A stretch of DNA of 63,890 nt, filler included, from Phoronis australis (lineage: Eukaryota; Animalia; Phoronida): NCBI GenBank assembly GCA_002633005.1. It is 7 parts of 7 records of this genome, joined end to end, with 100 filler letters (N's around TTAATTAATTAA, not from the genome) between each part and the next. Parts side by side here need not be neighbours in the genome. Positions count along the whole stretch, not along the records: positions 23,675 to 55,070 come from NMRA01001280.1; positions 55,171 to 62,619 come from NMRA01001233.1; positions 62,720 to 63,890 come from NMRA01001881.1; 4 more parts are not named here. The stretch is one strand, 5' to 3'. Shown here piece after piece: positions 51,161-63,890 of the stretch (within the stretch, counting starts at the first letter, position 1; each line of letters starts with the position of its first letter). The notes under the pieces are model-generated. The model ran no database searches, was not told where the DNA came from, and was given only the letters and a program-made list of their open reading frames with translations. The translations under genes and the position numbers were made by a program.

Positions 51161-51384
51161 CAGTGGCAGATCTACGTTTTCAGTAAGGAAGGGGGTTAGG
51201 ATTTGAGCGCATCCGAGGCGCGTAGCGCCGAGCGGAAGGAAGGTCGGGAGGCCGGGTTTCCCTCCTCCCGTGTAAGATTTTTATGGTTTTTAGTAACTGA
51301 TTTCGTTTTTCTGGCGAAAAATTTTCAACTTTTATTTTTGATCCTGTCCCGAGGGGGGTTGAACCCCCTGTAGATCCACCTCTG
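51161..51384. mobile_element. 224-bp MITE with 5-bp TSD
   Basis: CAGTGGCAGATCTAC / GTAGATCCACCTCTG ends; TSD GTAAA (51156-51160, 51385-51389). Confidence 0.75.
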
Positions 51385-53871
51385 GTAAATTTGGGGAGAT
51401 AGTTGTCACATTTGGGGTTTTTGGTCCTATTTGTGTGTGCCGGTATTTTGCCCGATAGCCGATTAAAAAGCTGTAGCAGAATTAAGTTTCAGTGATCATG
51501 AGTAGTGCTTTTGAGTTGGGAACCCCAAAAAAATGTTTTTTTCTTACTCTCGATAAGGACGTGAGGTAAGGACTTGTCTCCACTTGGCTGTGTGTCGGCA
51601 GCCAAAACCTTGTAATACTAGAACTGTAGTGCAAAGAGATAAATATAACTAGAGTTGAAGTCACGTGGTTTTCGCTGAGCGGAGTGGTCCGCCATCTTGC
51701 TGATGACCATGTTAGTGGAGATGCGTGTGTACTGTGCAGTATCTAGGAACCAATGTTGGTAGCAACACAAGATTTTAAGTAAAAGCTCATAGCTTTTTTG
51801 TTAGTATCATCAAGTGCAAACTACGACTTTTTGAAAATCATCCAAGAAAATCATTTCATGCTTGAGCACAGAATTAAAGGGTCATTAATTATAGCAGAAA
51901 ACATAAAAAATAAAAAAAATAAAGTTTGATTTCTAGTATAAAAATTAGACCCAGAATCAATGATATAATTCAGGTTTTTGTCATTCGAGGTTTAAAAATT
52001 GAAACTGAATTAAAATGATTTTGTGGGTGAGAATCCCATCTCAACTTAATTTGGTCCCTATAACACCCACATAAGTCAATGTTTCATGGTCTTTTACTTG
52101 ACTTTCGTTGTAATTGTCTTTAAGGGTTTAGTAACCAAGATATCTGTTGTTTTCTAGCAACAAAGAAACACAAAAAATGACTACAAGATTAATAGTTGTG
52201 CATTGTTACAGATTGGACACCAATTCGAAGATTTATTAATGTAGCCAGGTTACTAAGAATAGAACAGTATCGAAGGAAGGGATAGCTCAGGAATGATACA
52301 CCACAATGTTGTAATGAGACGTAGATGGGTTGCTTCGGTAGATTTCAAGTGATGGGAAAAATGTTCTGTAGCCTGGCGAGCTTTTAAAATCTGCAACTGC
52401 CTTACTCGAGGAAAACCATTATTTTTGTATTCTGTCCTTTTTATGGTCTTCTGATACAGTGTATTAATGCCTGGGTGTGTAGGACAGGGCAGGTAGAGTT
52501 TATGACCATTGAGTTTTGTCATTTTATTTATTTAGTGGCGGGGTGTTGTCAATATAAATGTACTAGTAACATAATTGTGCCAGTAAATGTCGGATTCAAC
52601 TGAATTGAGGGATTAACTTAGAGTTGGTTGAAATCTGACTTCTTTGAAGTGGAGTGCATGCATGGTACCAGTACGGTACAGTAACTTTGTACCTGCTAGA
52701 CATTTCCCTTTTACTGTCACGGTGTGATTTTACTGCGCGATGATGATATTTTGAAATAAATATATTTTGAAATAAACCAAAACTTTATTGTTTGAAATAG
52801 TTACAGTATCTCATTGTGTTGTTTCTGTTTGAACATTTTTCTTGTCCTTCTCGTTCTGGATGGCCAATAATATGGAAGTGTGCTTGTTATTGACAGAAAA
52901 AAAACGGCGATTCCCCACATCATGGTCGTATAATAGGGGTACACTGAGTGGCGTAAAAACTAATATTGGTAAAAATTAATAATGCGAACGCCTTTTTAAA
53001 ACTGTAGTTCCGCGGCGTGTCAAGTTGTTTTACAGCAGAGTCTATAACCCAACATTTTGAACTGTGTGACCATGTCGTTTCAAACTGTACAAATTACCAG
53101 TTCGCCTCTCTAAGATGATTTAGATACTAGGACAAATAATACCACGAAGTGGTTATCTCGTCCTGGTAATACTAGATTGTTAAAGAAAAGTAGCGTATCA
53201 CTGAAATAATTTTCCTTAAGACACCTCAGCACCTTTAGGGCTACATGCGTTTTATTTTTTGAAAAAACGTCTGCAAATTAATGTACAGTAATTATTATTC
53301 CTTGGTATAACGTGAAGTAGGCAATTCCAATTCCCTTTCGGGAAATTGCGTCTGCACAAATGCATATGTCGACCTCCGTCTTCGGCCGCTCAAGCAGTGG
53401 TGTTCACAGGCACACGCGTGTAACCGATATATACAATGTGTGTGCCTTACCAACCAGTACAGGGTGTTTTTGGTGTCGTGCATTCTTCTTTTTTCATTGA
53501 AGTAACACATCAGTTATTATAACTCTATCGTTTTGCAAAATTTTGCTGCCTCCTTTTATTCAAACTGACTTATGCCCTCAATTCCGAATACACACATATA
53601 CAGTTCCATTGGTTATTTGTTGCATACAATGACACGACTTCACATGCACGCATATTGTTCATCGATTTCCATGGGTTTCTATTAATTTTTTTTCTACTTT
53701 GTGTTTAAGTGTTTCACACGAACGCATGCCTCAAATCTTTTTGTTAGAATCAATCAAGTGACGTCGGGTCAAGGAATTTTTAGACCCATACTAAAAACTT
53801 TGGGAATGCAGTGATGTAATGGCTCGCGGGAAAGCGGCCCCCTTGACAGCTGATCGTCTTGTCGGTTTATA

Positions 53872-54510
53872 CAGTGGCGGATCTAGGATATCATAATGGG
53901 AGGGCCCAACATTTTGTCCGTAAACATTTCTCAAAGCACGATTGTAGATGCGTATAGCACCGAATGGGGGGAGATCGGGAGGGGAAATTTTTCTTTTTTT
54001 TGTCTAAAAATCAAGCATTTTCCTTGATTCCCGAAGTATTATCCAAGAACAAAAGGCAAAAACCAATAAAAAAAAACAAAAAAAAAAAACAGAGAAAGTG
54101 TCAAACAGGAAAAACTACAACTACCACAAACTCGAACTCACGACTTGGCGGATAATGCGCACGTGCTTTACCAGTGCACCACCACGACTTAACTCCTAAT
54201 TTGTTTCTAAGAGACCTACTTGTTTATGGTTCACAGCGTGTGCGCGCGAAACCTCTGTCTTTTTGTAATGCTTATTACATGTTTTATATTTTGTGCAATC
54301 AGTTCATAACAAAATTTGTTGTATTTAAAATAGTGTTCATTGCCCGAAAGACCAAATCCGTTATTGTGTTGGCAAAAATGACGCGATTGCTTTGGAAATC
54401 GTCTTAAGTTAAGGTTTGACAAAGAGAGAATTGCGAGTTTCTGAGTGATTCACCAAGGCTTCGATTAAAATTGACATCTTACTAGCAGCTTCTGTTTTTT
54501 CATCATCACT
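53872..54510 (-). mobile_element. Inverted second copy of the 21551-22163 element
   Basis: Reverse-complement collinearity including the tRNA-like segment. Confidence 0.8.
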
Positions 54511-55300
54511 CAGATTCCATTTTCTTTAAAAATCTGAGCCCCNTTAATTACCGGGGTTAATTAATAAACTCAACATTTCCCTACGCTCTCGCTGTTTTAT
54601 TTTTTTGCGGCAGCTAAGGAGGGGACGCCCCCCTAAATCCGCCTATGTTATAAACAACGGGGACTGAAAAATAGGTACTGTACAGTTATAGCGACGGAAA
54701 AGCTCAGGCCCTAACAGCACTCCGTGAGAATTTCAGCCAGAGCATTAGGAATTTTGTCTTTGCAATGGCTTATATGACAGTTTAAGCAATGCGTGGGTCA
54801 CAGGTTTACATTGCTTTGTGTTACCACTATATTCTACAACCTCGTTAGTATTTAAAATTTCAAATTTTATTCTGAAAAATCCCCGGCTTCCATAAGGCCA
54901 CCGTGCTTTTGTTTACATAGCGTTCATCATCAGTATGGCTTGCGAGTGCTCATTGCTGTAGTGTAGGCCTTCCTCCTTTCTTGAGTCGCTGCCCATTTTG
55001 AGGCTATGAAAGTACCCGAGATTTTCCGAATGACTACGGGAATACCCGAGATGTTCCGGACGGTTCCCGANNNNNNNNNNNNNNNNNNNNNNNNNNNNNN
55101 NNNNNNNNNNNNNNTTAATTAATTAANNNNNNNNNNNNNNNNNNNNNNNNNNNNNNNNNNNNNNNNNNNNAAACAGTTTGTAAAATAGGCTGATTGGAAT
55201 CGCTAAATGATGTACTTGGGAGTTGTGATCTTGACCTCAAGCAACTCAGTTGAAGAAACTGAGTGGAAGTGCATGCGTGCATTTATCATAAGTGTGACGG

Positions 55301-57634
55301 ACATTAGAAACTCTGTGCATCATTCAAAATCGTGAATTTTGTGGTTTCTTCTGAAAATGTCTTCACATGTTAATGTGAAATGCTCTACTAGACGTCAGCA
55401 ATTGTTGACGAGCATTCACTTGCCTCTTTAAAGAGAAGTGGAAATTTGTCCCATTATCAGAAATTCATAACAAAATATTATGCTGATTTCTTGATTTTTT
55501 GTGTACTGTTTAACTTCGGATTTTCTTCATTTCCAGCTGCGTTGCTGTTTGGACAAGTCTTCTTCAAGGTTACGACAAACACGCTTCTGATGTTTTCAAA
55601 TGGGTACCTAAAAATGCTAGTTCTTTGGCTCTTGTATATGATCAAGTAAGAAAACATCTGTTTATGGTCCCTGAATTTTCAGTACACATTGAGAAAAATA
55701 TTTTATACAATCTCAGAGTTGTAGATTTTGAAAGCGGTTGCGTATTAGAATATTTGGGACTTCAGTAATTGCGGCCTCAGTTATCCTAATGCGTATTAGA
55801 ATACTTTTGGGATTCAGTTGCGGCCTCAGTTATGCTAGCTTTTTGCTTCTCACAGATAACCAAGTACAGGATTATTTGTTTTTGTCTTCAAGGCTTTCAT
55901 TAGACAATTTGAATATGATCTGTTTCAAGTTTCGCATATGCGCTCTAGCAATTGTTGATTTTGAAAGTGATTTTGGTTTGAATATATTGTAAAATTTTTG
56001 CAAATTTCGCTATTCGCCTCAGTGATGTTAGTTTTTTGGCTCTCAAAGGTAATCAAACTAAGGAACATGTGGTCTTGTCTCCAAGACTTTCATTAGACAT
56101 GATAAATATGCACCGTACCATTTTTCGCAGATGTGCTCCATAAATTGTAGATTTTGAAAGCGATTTTGGTTGGAATATATAGTAAAATTTGTGCGAATTT
56201 CATTATTGGCCCCAGTCATGCTAGCTTTTTGCTTTTCACTGTTAACTAGGTTGAGGACCATGTGTTTTTGTCTTCTAGATTTTCATTAGACATGATGAAT
56301 ATATACTTTACCAACTTTCGCAGATGTGCTCCAGAAATTGTAGATTTTGAAGGCGATTTTGGTTTGAATATATAGTAAAATTAGTGCGAATTTGATTATT
56401 GGCCCCAGTCATGTTAGCTTTTTGCTTCTCACAGTTAACCCAGTTAAAGACCATGTGTTTTTGTCTTCAAGATTTTCATTAGACATGATGAATATATACT
56501 TTTCCAACTTTTGCAGATGTGCTCCACAAATTGTAGATTTTGAGAGCGATTTTGTTTTGAGTATGTACTAAAATTTTTTGAATTTCTTTATCGGCCTCAG
56601 TGATGTTAGTTTTTTGGCTCTCAAAGGTAATCAAGTTAAGGAACGTGTGTTTTTGCATTAAAGATTTTCATTAGACATGATGAATATGTACTTTACCAAC
56701 TTTTGCTGATGTGCACCAAAAGTTGTAGATTTTGAAGGCGATTCTGTTTTGAGTATGTACTAAAATTTGTGCGAATTTCATTACTGGCCTCAGTGATGCT
56801 AGCTTTTTGCTTTTCACTGTTAACTAAGCTAATGACCATGTGTTTTTGTCTTCAAGATTTTCATTAGACATGATGAATATGTACTGTACCAACTTACGCA
56901 GATGTGCTCCAAAAATTGTAGATTTTGAAGGCGATTTTGGTTTGAGTATGTAGTAAAGTTAGTGCCAATTTCATTGTTGGCCCCAGTCATGCTAGCTTTT
57001 TGCTTCTCACAGTTAACAAAGGTAAAGACCATGTGTTTTTGTAGTTTTTGTCTTCAAGATTTTCATTAGACATGATGAATATATCCTGTTCCAACTTTTG
57101 CAGATGTGCTCCACAAATTATAGATTATGAAGGCGATTTTGTTTTGAGTATGTACTAAAATTTTTTGAATTTCATTTTCGGCCTCAGTGATGTTAGTTTT
57201 TTGGCTCTCAAAGGTAATCAAGTTAAGGAACGTGTGTTTTTGCATTAAAGATTTTCATTAGACATGATGAATATGTACTTTACCAACTTTTGCAGATGTA
57301 CACCAAAAGTTGTAGATTTTGAAGGCGATTCTGTTTTGAGTATGTACTAAAATTTGAGCGAATTTTATTATTGGCCTCAGTCATGCTAGCTTTTTGATTT
57401 TCACTGTTAACTAAGCTAATGACCATGTGTTTTTGTCTTCAAGATTTTCATTAGACATGATGAATATGTGCTGTACCAACTTACACAGATGTGCTCCAAA
57501 AATTGTAGATTTTGAAGGCGATTTTGGTTTGAGTATGTAGTAAAGTTAGTGCGAATGTCATTATTGGTCCCAGTCTTGCTAGCTTTTTGCTTCTCACAGT
57601 TAACCAAGTTAAAGACCATGTGTTTTTGTCTTCA
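55301..57634. repeat. ~420-bp leader plus 193-bp tandem satellite with a 3-monomer higher-order period
   Basis: CATTAGACATGAT marker at 56091, 56284, 56477, 56669, 56862, 57064, 57256, 57449; three monomer variants recur in order (587-bp super-period). Confidence 0.92.
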
Positions 57635-58973
57635 GGTTACATATATCACCTGCAGTCTTTTGTGTTTGGTTAGCGAACAGTTAACGGGAACTTCGTTGCG
57701 CACCAAAGGATATCACGAATAATCAGTCAAGGCGTGTCGTTACACGACAAATATATACCTTATTTCCTATCACAAAGTTTTGCGAGTCGCTTCTGTTCAT
57801 GGTCAGCAACATCTCTGTTTATGCTCGCGTCAGCAATAACTACCACAAATCTGCGCGCAAGTTCAAGCCGTCTAAAACGGAATAGAAAATTTGTCGACAC
57901 CCGATCGCATAAATTCTAAGATTTCGGACACCGTCAATTTTTGCCGACTTTCAAGGCACATTTCACGAGTTTCGGACGGCCAATATTGCCTATTTCTAAA
58001 ACTTCGGACAGGTTCTGACTTTACAAGTCGATGCTGAAGTTTATTACCCGATTTTAAATGCTCGCGCGGAAAGCGTTCTCACTGAGACAATTAAAAATGG
58101 TCGACATTCTTTCGCATCCAGCTACACGGCGAATAACATGGGCCTTACCGAGACAAATATCGAACGTTTTAGTAGCATCGAGATCCAGTCGGCAAGTGCT
58201 GAATGAAACACGCTCTGGTTTAGGCTTACTGCTTGTGCAAATTTCTTTTGACACAATGCACATCTAGCTCGTTAGATTGCGTGGCTCTGGCCAAAAGACG
58301 GTCTCTGCTTTTGCAAATGAACCATGTCGTGAACACATCCAATAAAACAAGAAACTGTTGGAACACCGCATTTATCCACCTTCACTCTTATCAGGCTTCT
58401 ATTGTGAGTCAGCATGCGTGAATAATTGGCTGACACGCACGCGCTCGCTTACTCACACTACGCAGACAAACTTCAAAACGTGAAAACAACATGTGTGCGT
58501 CCAGACATTTTTCTCGTGTTGCGATCATACATGGAACGATGTCACTGAGCACAGATTTCTACTTAAACCTGCAATCATTCCCAACTCCACGGGAACTTAA
58601 AAAAATCTTAGGGACTCTACTTGGAAAACTTAGTGAGGATTTCACGTAACTTATGTTACTTGAGTCGAAATTAACTAAGCATTGAAGCCGTCATATCGAC
58701 CACGACGATTTTGAGGCAGTCAGTCGGCGAGTTTTCGCCCTGGGATTTCACAACAATTTTTTGTAAAATAATCGTAATTTATATAGCAGCAAGGTTTGTT
58801 ATTAATGCACCATAGTTTTGTAGAAAGTCTTTCATAGATTACAGATACGTCACAGAGCGTAAATTTGATGAATCACCCGTTTCGGAGACGGGGTTTCAAC
58901 CGCTTTGGGTTGTAACAAGCGCCTTGAACCGAGCTTTTCTTAGCGCCCTGGGCGGTTATTACGGCGAATACGG

Positions 58974-59800
58974 TGTCGCGTAAAATTTCTTCCCAGTGAT
59001 CATTTCTTCCCACTCCGACTTTGCGCATGCGCAGATTGGCCAGGAATGTATACATCCGGTTTTGAGAGCGTGAAATATCTTCCCACGGCAATTCTGTACG
59101 CTACAGTGAGACATTTGAGTCGTTATCTGCTACGAACACGAATATTTCAGACGTTTTTTGCAAAGATGCATGGTCGCAAGTACATAGAGAGTGATGTGAA
59201 TAAGATTTTGGAGGATGGATCAATTCCGTTGACTTTGACGAACAGTCAGCTCAAGGCTGTACGAAGTTGGGGCAGTTGAGCCAAGGACTTTCGCCGTTTC
59301 AGTTAGGTAAGTCGACTAAAATGATACTTCAATAATTTAAAAAGTACGCGAAATATGCTGAGGCTATATTTGCTATAATAACTACCAGGCAAGCCCTGCA
59401 GTGATTAAAGTAAACACTTAAGTTGGTTGTCACTGTTGTTACCAGTTCTCATGGAGAATATTGTACAGTTGTTATTCAGCAGTTAATGGATTTTGTGCCA
59501 TTTAGTACTCATCTTGTTGTAATGCCTTCCTTTATTACTTATTGAGTTTAGCAACAGTTCATAACATTTCTCTTGTAGTTGTGGTGTGTATGCTATTGCA
59601 TGCTGTTGTACCTCGTTAACCGCTGATGAAGACTCCACAGCAATAGAAGCATTATGCCAAAAGCTTGTCTTGCTGCATGCCATCAATTCGGTATAGTATA
59701 ATCTGCGGAACTGGGTGTTTGTACGGAAAACTTCTTCATGATAATGAGTCATACATTCTAGTGTGTTCAGTGTCCTGAAATTAAGTTGTGATATCTGATG
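58974..59800 (+). mobile_element. Decayed Ginger-like DNA transposon remnant
   Basis: TGT start with ATTTCTTCCCA subterminal repeats; ILEDGSIPLTLTNSQLKAVRSW resembles the Ginger1/GIN N-terminus; GTAAGT donor; CGVYAIA..TSL (Ulp1-protease-like) and a Cys-containing PHD-like remnant; in-frame stops. Confidence 0.45.
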
Positions 59801-60751
59801 GTGATACTACAGACTGGATCGGGATTTGCCTGCATTAGAATAATTAGGTCATTCTAATATGGACAGTCTAGGCTTGTGCTAGCCGTTTGCCACCATTGGT
59901 GAATTCTTAGTGGCACTGGCGATGGTATAGCTAAGTCCATTCGCCAACTTGGCAAATGAGTTTGCAGCTTCAAAAATAAATTTTGGGGAAACCTACTCGT
60001 GTTTCAACTCTCTGTCAGCTCGAATCGAGGCATGCTGCAAACAACATTAGTCGATTCGGAGTCTTAAAAATTAACAAGCAAATGCTGCATTTCATGTCCA
60101 TCACTCCCCCTCAAATCACTCTTTTACCTCAACGAAATGTTCAACTATGATAATGTATTTGGGGAGTACATGTTGTCACTTGTCGCCTGCAAGTGACAAT
60201 GTCAAAACAATGAACAGAGGGCTATTTTTCAGCAGCAAACGCAATCCAGTCTCAATAACTTTTTACCCTCACAACATGGTGTGGGCGAATCAGTAGTATT
60301 TTAATACCGTATCTTTTGCATTAATCTGACCTAAGTTGAGATGTCTCAAACATGAATTATGAACTCAAGCTTTAAATTTACTATTTTCATCAGAATCTCT
60401 CCTTATTCATTAAGTAACCTTAACATTTTTCATCTCACAATTTGTCGGGTCAAATATTAATCGAGACTTGACACTGGCAGCTTTTTTCAAGGAGTATTGG
60501 AATACGATCGTTTTGACATAGTTGTGCTTGTTATTAGCCAATGTTAGGTCAGTTGTGTAAGGGCTCTGTATATTCTTATTTTGCGTGCAAATTTCTTGTA
60601 TATTTTACAAATAGTCAGGTACTATAAATCTCGACTTCTATTGTGCTTCCTTTTTCCTTTCCATTGAAAGACTATGTTGTTGTTGAGGTTTTCAATCGTT
60701 CAATTTATTTTTCAGTTTTATTACATTTCATCTGTTCTCTGGCCTGGCACC

Positions 60752-60960
60752 ATGGCCCATGGGTACTATTCATCATATGCACATCAGTCCAGGAATAGCC
60801 GTGACATCTCTGATGAAAAGTGTCAAAAAATGATTCAAATGCTGAGAGGTGAGGAGTTGTCAGATGGCCTGGTCAGTTTTACCAAAATCAAATGGTGGAT
60901 TGGAAACAAGCATATCGGCCTGCTATAACTGCTTGGTTCGAATGTCACTGACAGGCTGGG
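60752..60960 (+). pseudogene. NOL4/KRBA2-like integrase-associated N-terminal fragment
   Basis: SRDISDEKCQKMIQMLRGEE..FTKIKWWIGNK resembles the NOL4 N-terminal pattern; in-frame stop follows. Confidence 0.3.
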
Positions 60961-60996
60961 TATTAACACAGAAAGGTACCCGCGATTTTACAGCAN

Positions 60997-62619
60997 ACAT
61001 TAGAAATTCTGTGGTAACCGCAGAGTTTTCCATCGCGTATATCATTCAAAATCGTGAATTTTGTGGGTGGTTTTTGAAAATTTCCTCACATGTTAAAGTG
61101 AAATGCTCTACTAGACGTTAGCAATTGTTGACGAGCAATCACTTGCCTCTTTCAAGAGAAGTGTGAAGTTGTTCCATTATCAGAAATTCATAACAAGATA
61201 TTATGCTGATTTCTTGTGTACTATTTAACTTCTGATTTTTTTTTTGTTTCCAGCAGCGTTGCTGTATGGACAAGTCTTCTTCAAGGTTACAACACACACA
61301 CTTGTGGTGTTTTCAAACTGCTACCTAACAATGCCAGTTTTTTGGCTCTTGTATATAATAAAATAAGAAAACATGTATTCATGGTCCCTAAATTGTCAAT
61401 ACACTTTGAGAAAAATATTCTGTACAGTTTTATAGACTCCCAGAGTTGTAGATTTTGAAAGCAGTTGCGTGTTAGAATACTTTTGGGATTCAGTTGCGGC
61501 CTCAGTTATGCTAGCTTTTTGCTTCTCACAGATAACCAAGTTCAGGATTATTTGTTTTTGTCTTCAAGGCTTTCATTAGACAATTTGAATATGATCTGTT
61601 TCAAGTTTCGCATATGCGCTCTAACAATTGTTGATTTTGAAAGTGATTTTGGTTTGAATATATTGTAAAATTTTTGCAAATTTCGTTATTGGCCTCAGTG
61701 ATGTTAGTTTTTTGGGTCTCAAAGGTAATCAAATTAAGGAACATGTGGTCTTGTCTCCAAGACTTTCATTAGACATGATGAATATGCACCGTACCATTTT
61801 TCGCAGATGTGCTCCAGAAATTGTAGATTTTGAAGGCGATTTTGGTTTGAGTATGTAGTAAAATTAGTGCGAATTTCATTATTGGTCCCAGTCATGCTAG
61901 CTTTTTGCTTCTCACAGTTAACCAAGTTCAAGACCATGTGTTTTTGTCTTCAAGATTTTCATTAGACATGATGAATATATACTTTACCAACTTTTGCAGA
62001 AGTGCTGCAGCAATTGTAGATTTTGAAGGCGATTTTGGTTTGAGTATGTATTAAAATTAGTGCGAATTTCATTATTGGCCCCAGTCATGCTAGCTTTTTG
62101 CTTCTCACAGTTAACCGAGTTAAAGACCATGTGTTTTTGTCTTCAAGATTTTCATTACACATGATGAATATATACTTTACCAACTTTCGCAGATGTGCTC
62201 CACAAATTGTAGATTTTGAAGGCGATTTTGTTTTGAGTATGTACTAAAATTTTTCGAATTTAATTATCGGCCTCAGTGATGTTGGTTTTTTGGCTCTCAA
62301 AGGTAATTAAGTTAAGCAACATGTTTTTGTCTACAAGATAATCATTAGACATGATGATTATGTACTGTACCAACATTTGGAGAAGTGCTGCAAAAATTGT
62401 AGATTTTGAAGGACATTTTGTTTTGAGTATGTAGTAAAATTAGTGCGAATTTGATTATTGGCCCGAGTCATGCTAGCTTTTTGCTTTTCACTGTTAACTA
62501 AGCTAATGACCATGTGTTTTTGTCTTCAAGATTTTCATTAGACATGATGAATATGTACTTTACCAACTTTTGCAGAAGTGCTGCAGCAATTGTAGATTTT
62601 GAAGGCGATTTTGGTTTGA
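60997..62619. repeat. Second copy of the leader plus 193-bp satellite array, runs into a gap
   Basis: Leader matches 55301-55720 and the first monomers follow the same order; terminal hairpin AAATTCTGTGG-taa-CCGCAGAGTTT. Confidence 0.92.
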
Positions 62620-62964
62620 NNNNNNNNNNNNNNNNNNNNNNNNNNNNNNNNNNNNNNNNNNNNTTAATTAATTAANNNNNNNNNNNNNNNNNNNNNNNNN
62701 NNNNNNNNNNNNNNNNNNNCAAGTTAAAAGTTCTTGAAATTTTCATTCACCAAGATTTAGAAAACTTTTTCTGCATAGTTATTCTCCTATAGGTATTTTG
62801 TTGCTATTGTTTTCAAGATGACTTGATGACCCGCGCGTGACTGGAGGTGTCAATTTTCATTACCGTGTATACATCTATATACAACGTCCCAATGAGTGTA
62901 TGTTGTACACCTTTGTCAGCATGAAAATATATACTGTATGCCATATACGTAACTCTCATCTTAC

Positions 62965-63097
62965 CTCCACAGTTAAAGATTTTTCGAACTGCTGTCGTTG
63001 ATAAAATCTTGCGGTAACGAAGAAGATCAGCTAAATACCCGCCCATGGGCACGACCAAGGCCATAACAAGGTGAGGTAACGCTGACAGAATACCACT
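62965..63097 (-). CDS. VGLUT: Internal exon of a vesicular glutamate transporter (VGLUT, SLC17A6/7/8 family)
   Basis: [44 protein letters not shown](G); cacAG acceptor, GTAAGA donor; 133 nt, phase 0 to 1. Confidence 0.92.
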
Positions 63098-63890
63098 CTG
63101 TGGGAATGAACGAGTTGCATGAGAACACACTCATCTCCAGACAAACATACGTCCAGTTCACACAACACAAAAATGCTCATTTCGATTAATATCAAGAACG
63201 AACATTAGTATGTTTGGATCGTTTGAATGAAATTGAATTTTAAGGAAGTATGGCCAAAAAAGAGCAATTTATTTTCAAGTTATTCTGTCAAAGAGAAAAT
63301 AGGATTTCTAGGTTTTGCATCGCCATTGCCAACCCCAATCGACTACATAATATAACGAGGGCAACGAACTGTCAGTGAACAAATTTGTATTCCGAAAGAC
63401 GATATCTACTCCAGCGAACCCGAAGTTGATTCCATTCCAATGTTCGTCCGAGTGATTCTGCAGACTTGTGGAAACTGATTTTTTATTCGTTTCATTTGAG
63501 CGGTGGATTCAATGTTCAAAAACTGGATTGGTTATATTTGAAGTTAAATACTGGAACCAAATGTACACCTTGAGAAGCTTCTGTTAATGGGACTTAATGT
63601 ATCTAGCTTAGTTATTTAGGGTGCACTTTCATTATTATTCAAAATGAATTGGAATCTTTTCCTGTAACAATCCTAATTTAAGGACTAAAATCTAATATAT
63701 TAATTTCCGCATTTGAAATATGAGCTCAATTAAAAATATATGATTAGAATTTGTCATTAGTCAAAGAGGAGCTCATTGTAAAGGTAGTGATAGTAATATT
63801 CATGAGTAAACGTTGACATATATTGGCAGAATATAAGGGTATTTAGTTGAGTCCCTCTAAAGTTCTATTTAATGGCAAGAGGCCACTGAC

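Noticed and set aside
56058-61937. Recurring 67-aa ORFs (MVLNLVN...) as a tandem peptide family
   Set aside because: The monomer length of 192-193 bp does not preserve frame; the ORFs are by-products of the satellite

Overview
AT-rich, repeat-dense genomic DNA from an invertebrate animal. It has spliceosomal introns, no operons and no CRISPR array. It is a draft scaffold with two sized N gaps, six artificial ~100-bp N..TTAATTAATTAA..N spacers and several single-N joins. Most of the supplied ORF track is noise, and the real genes had to be read as phase-consistent exons. Genes found: (1) six minus-strand exons (7482 to 995) of a WD40 protein resembling GTF3C4/TFIIIC90; (2) an intronless TTC22/IFIT-like TPR ORF (14557-15509) cut at a contig join; (3) an isolated minus-strand first exon encoding MSRRKQNKPQHIT, the NuRD-recruiting motif of Sall/BCL11/FOG-type factors; (4) a complete 5-exon MRPL48 gene (24317-32398); (5) an intronless divergent 7TM receptor (38056-39072) preceded by two RFX X-box-like motifs; (6) one VGLUT/SLC17 exon (63097-62965). 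The rest is mostly mobile DNA: CAG-terminated DNA transposons with 5-bp target-site duplications (TSDs), Helentron/HINE-like elements (one probably carrying a 193-bp higher-order satellite), a 1.15-kb foldback, a decayed HERO retrotransposon, THAP and Ginger-like remnants, and a Penelope-type minimal hammerhead ribozyme motif at ~41257-41331. Family assignments come from recognised motifs, not database searches.
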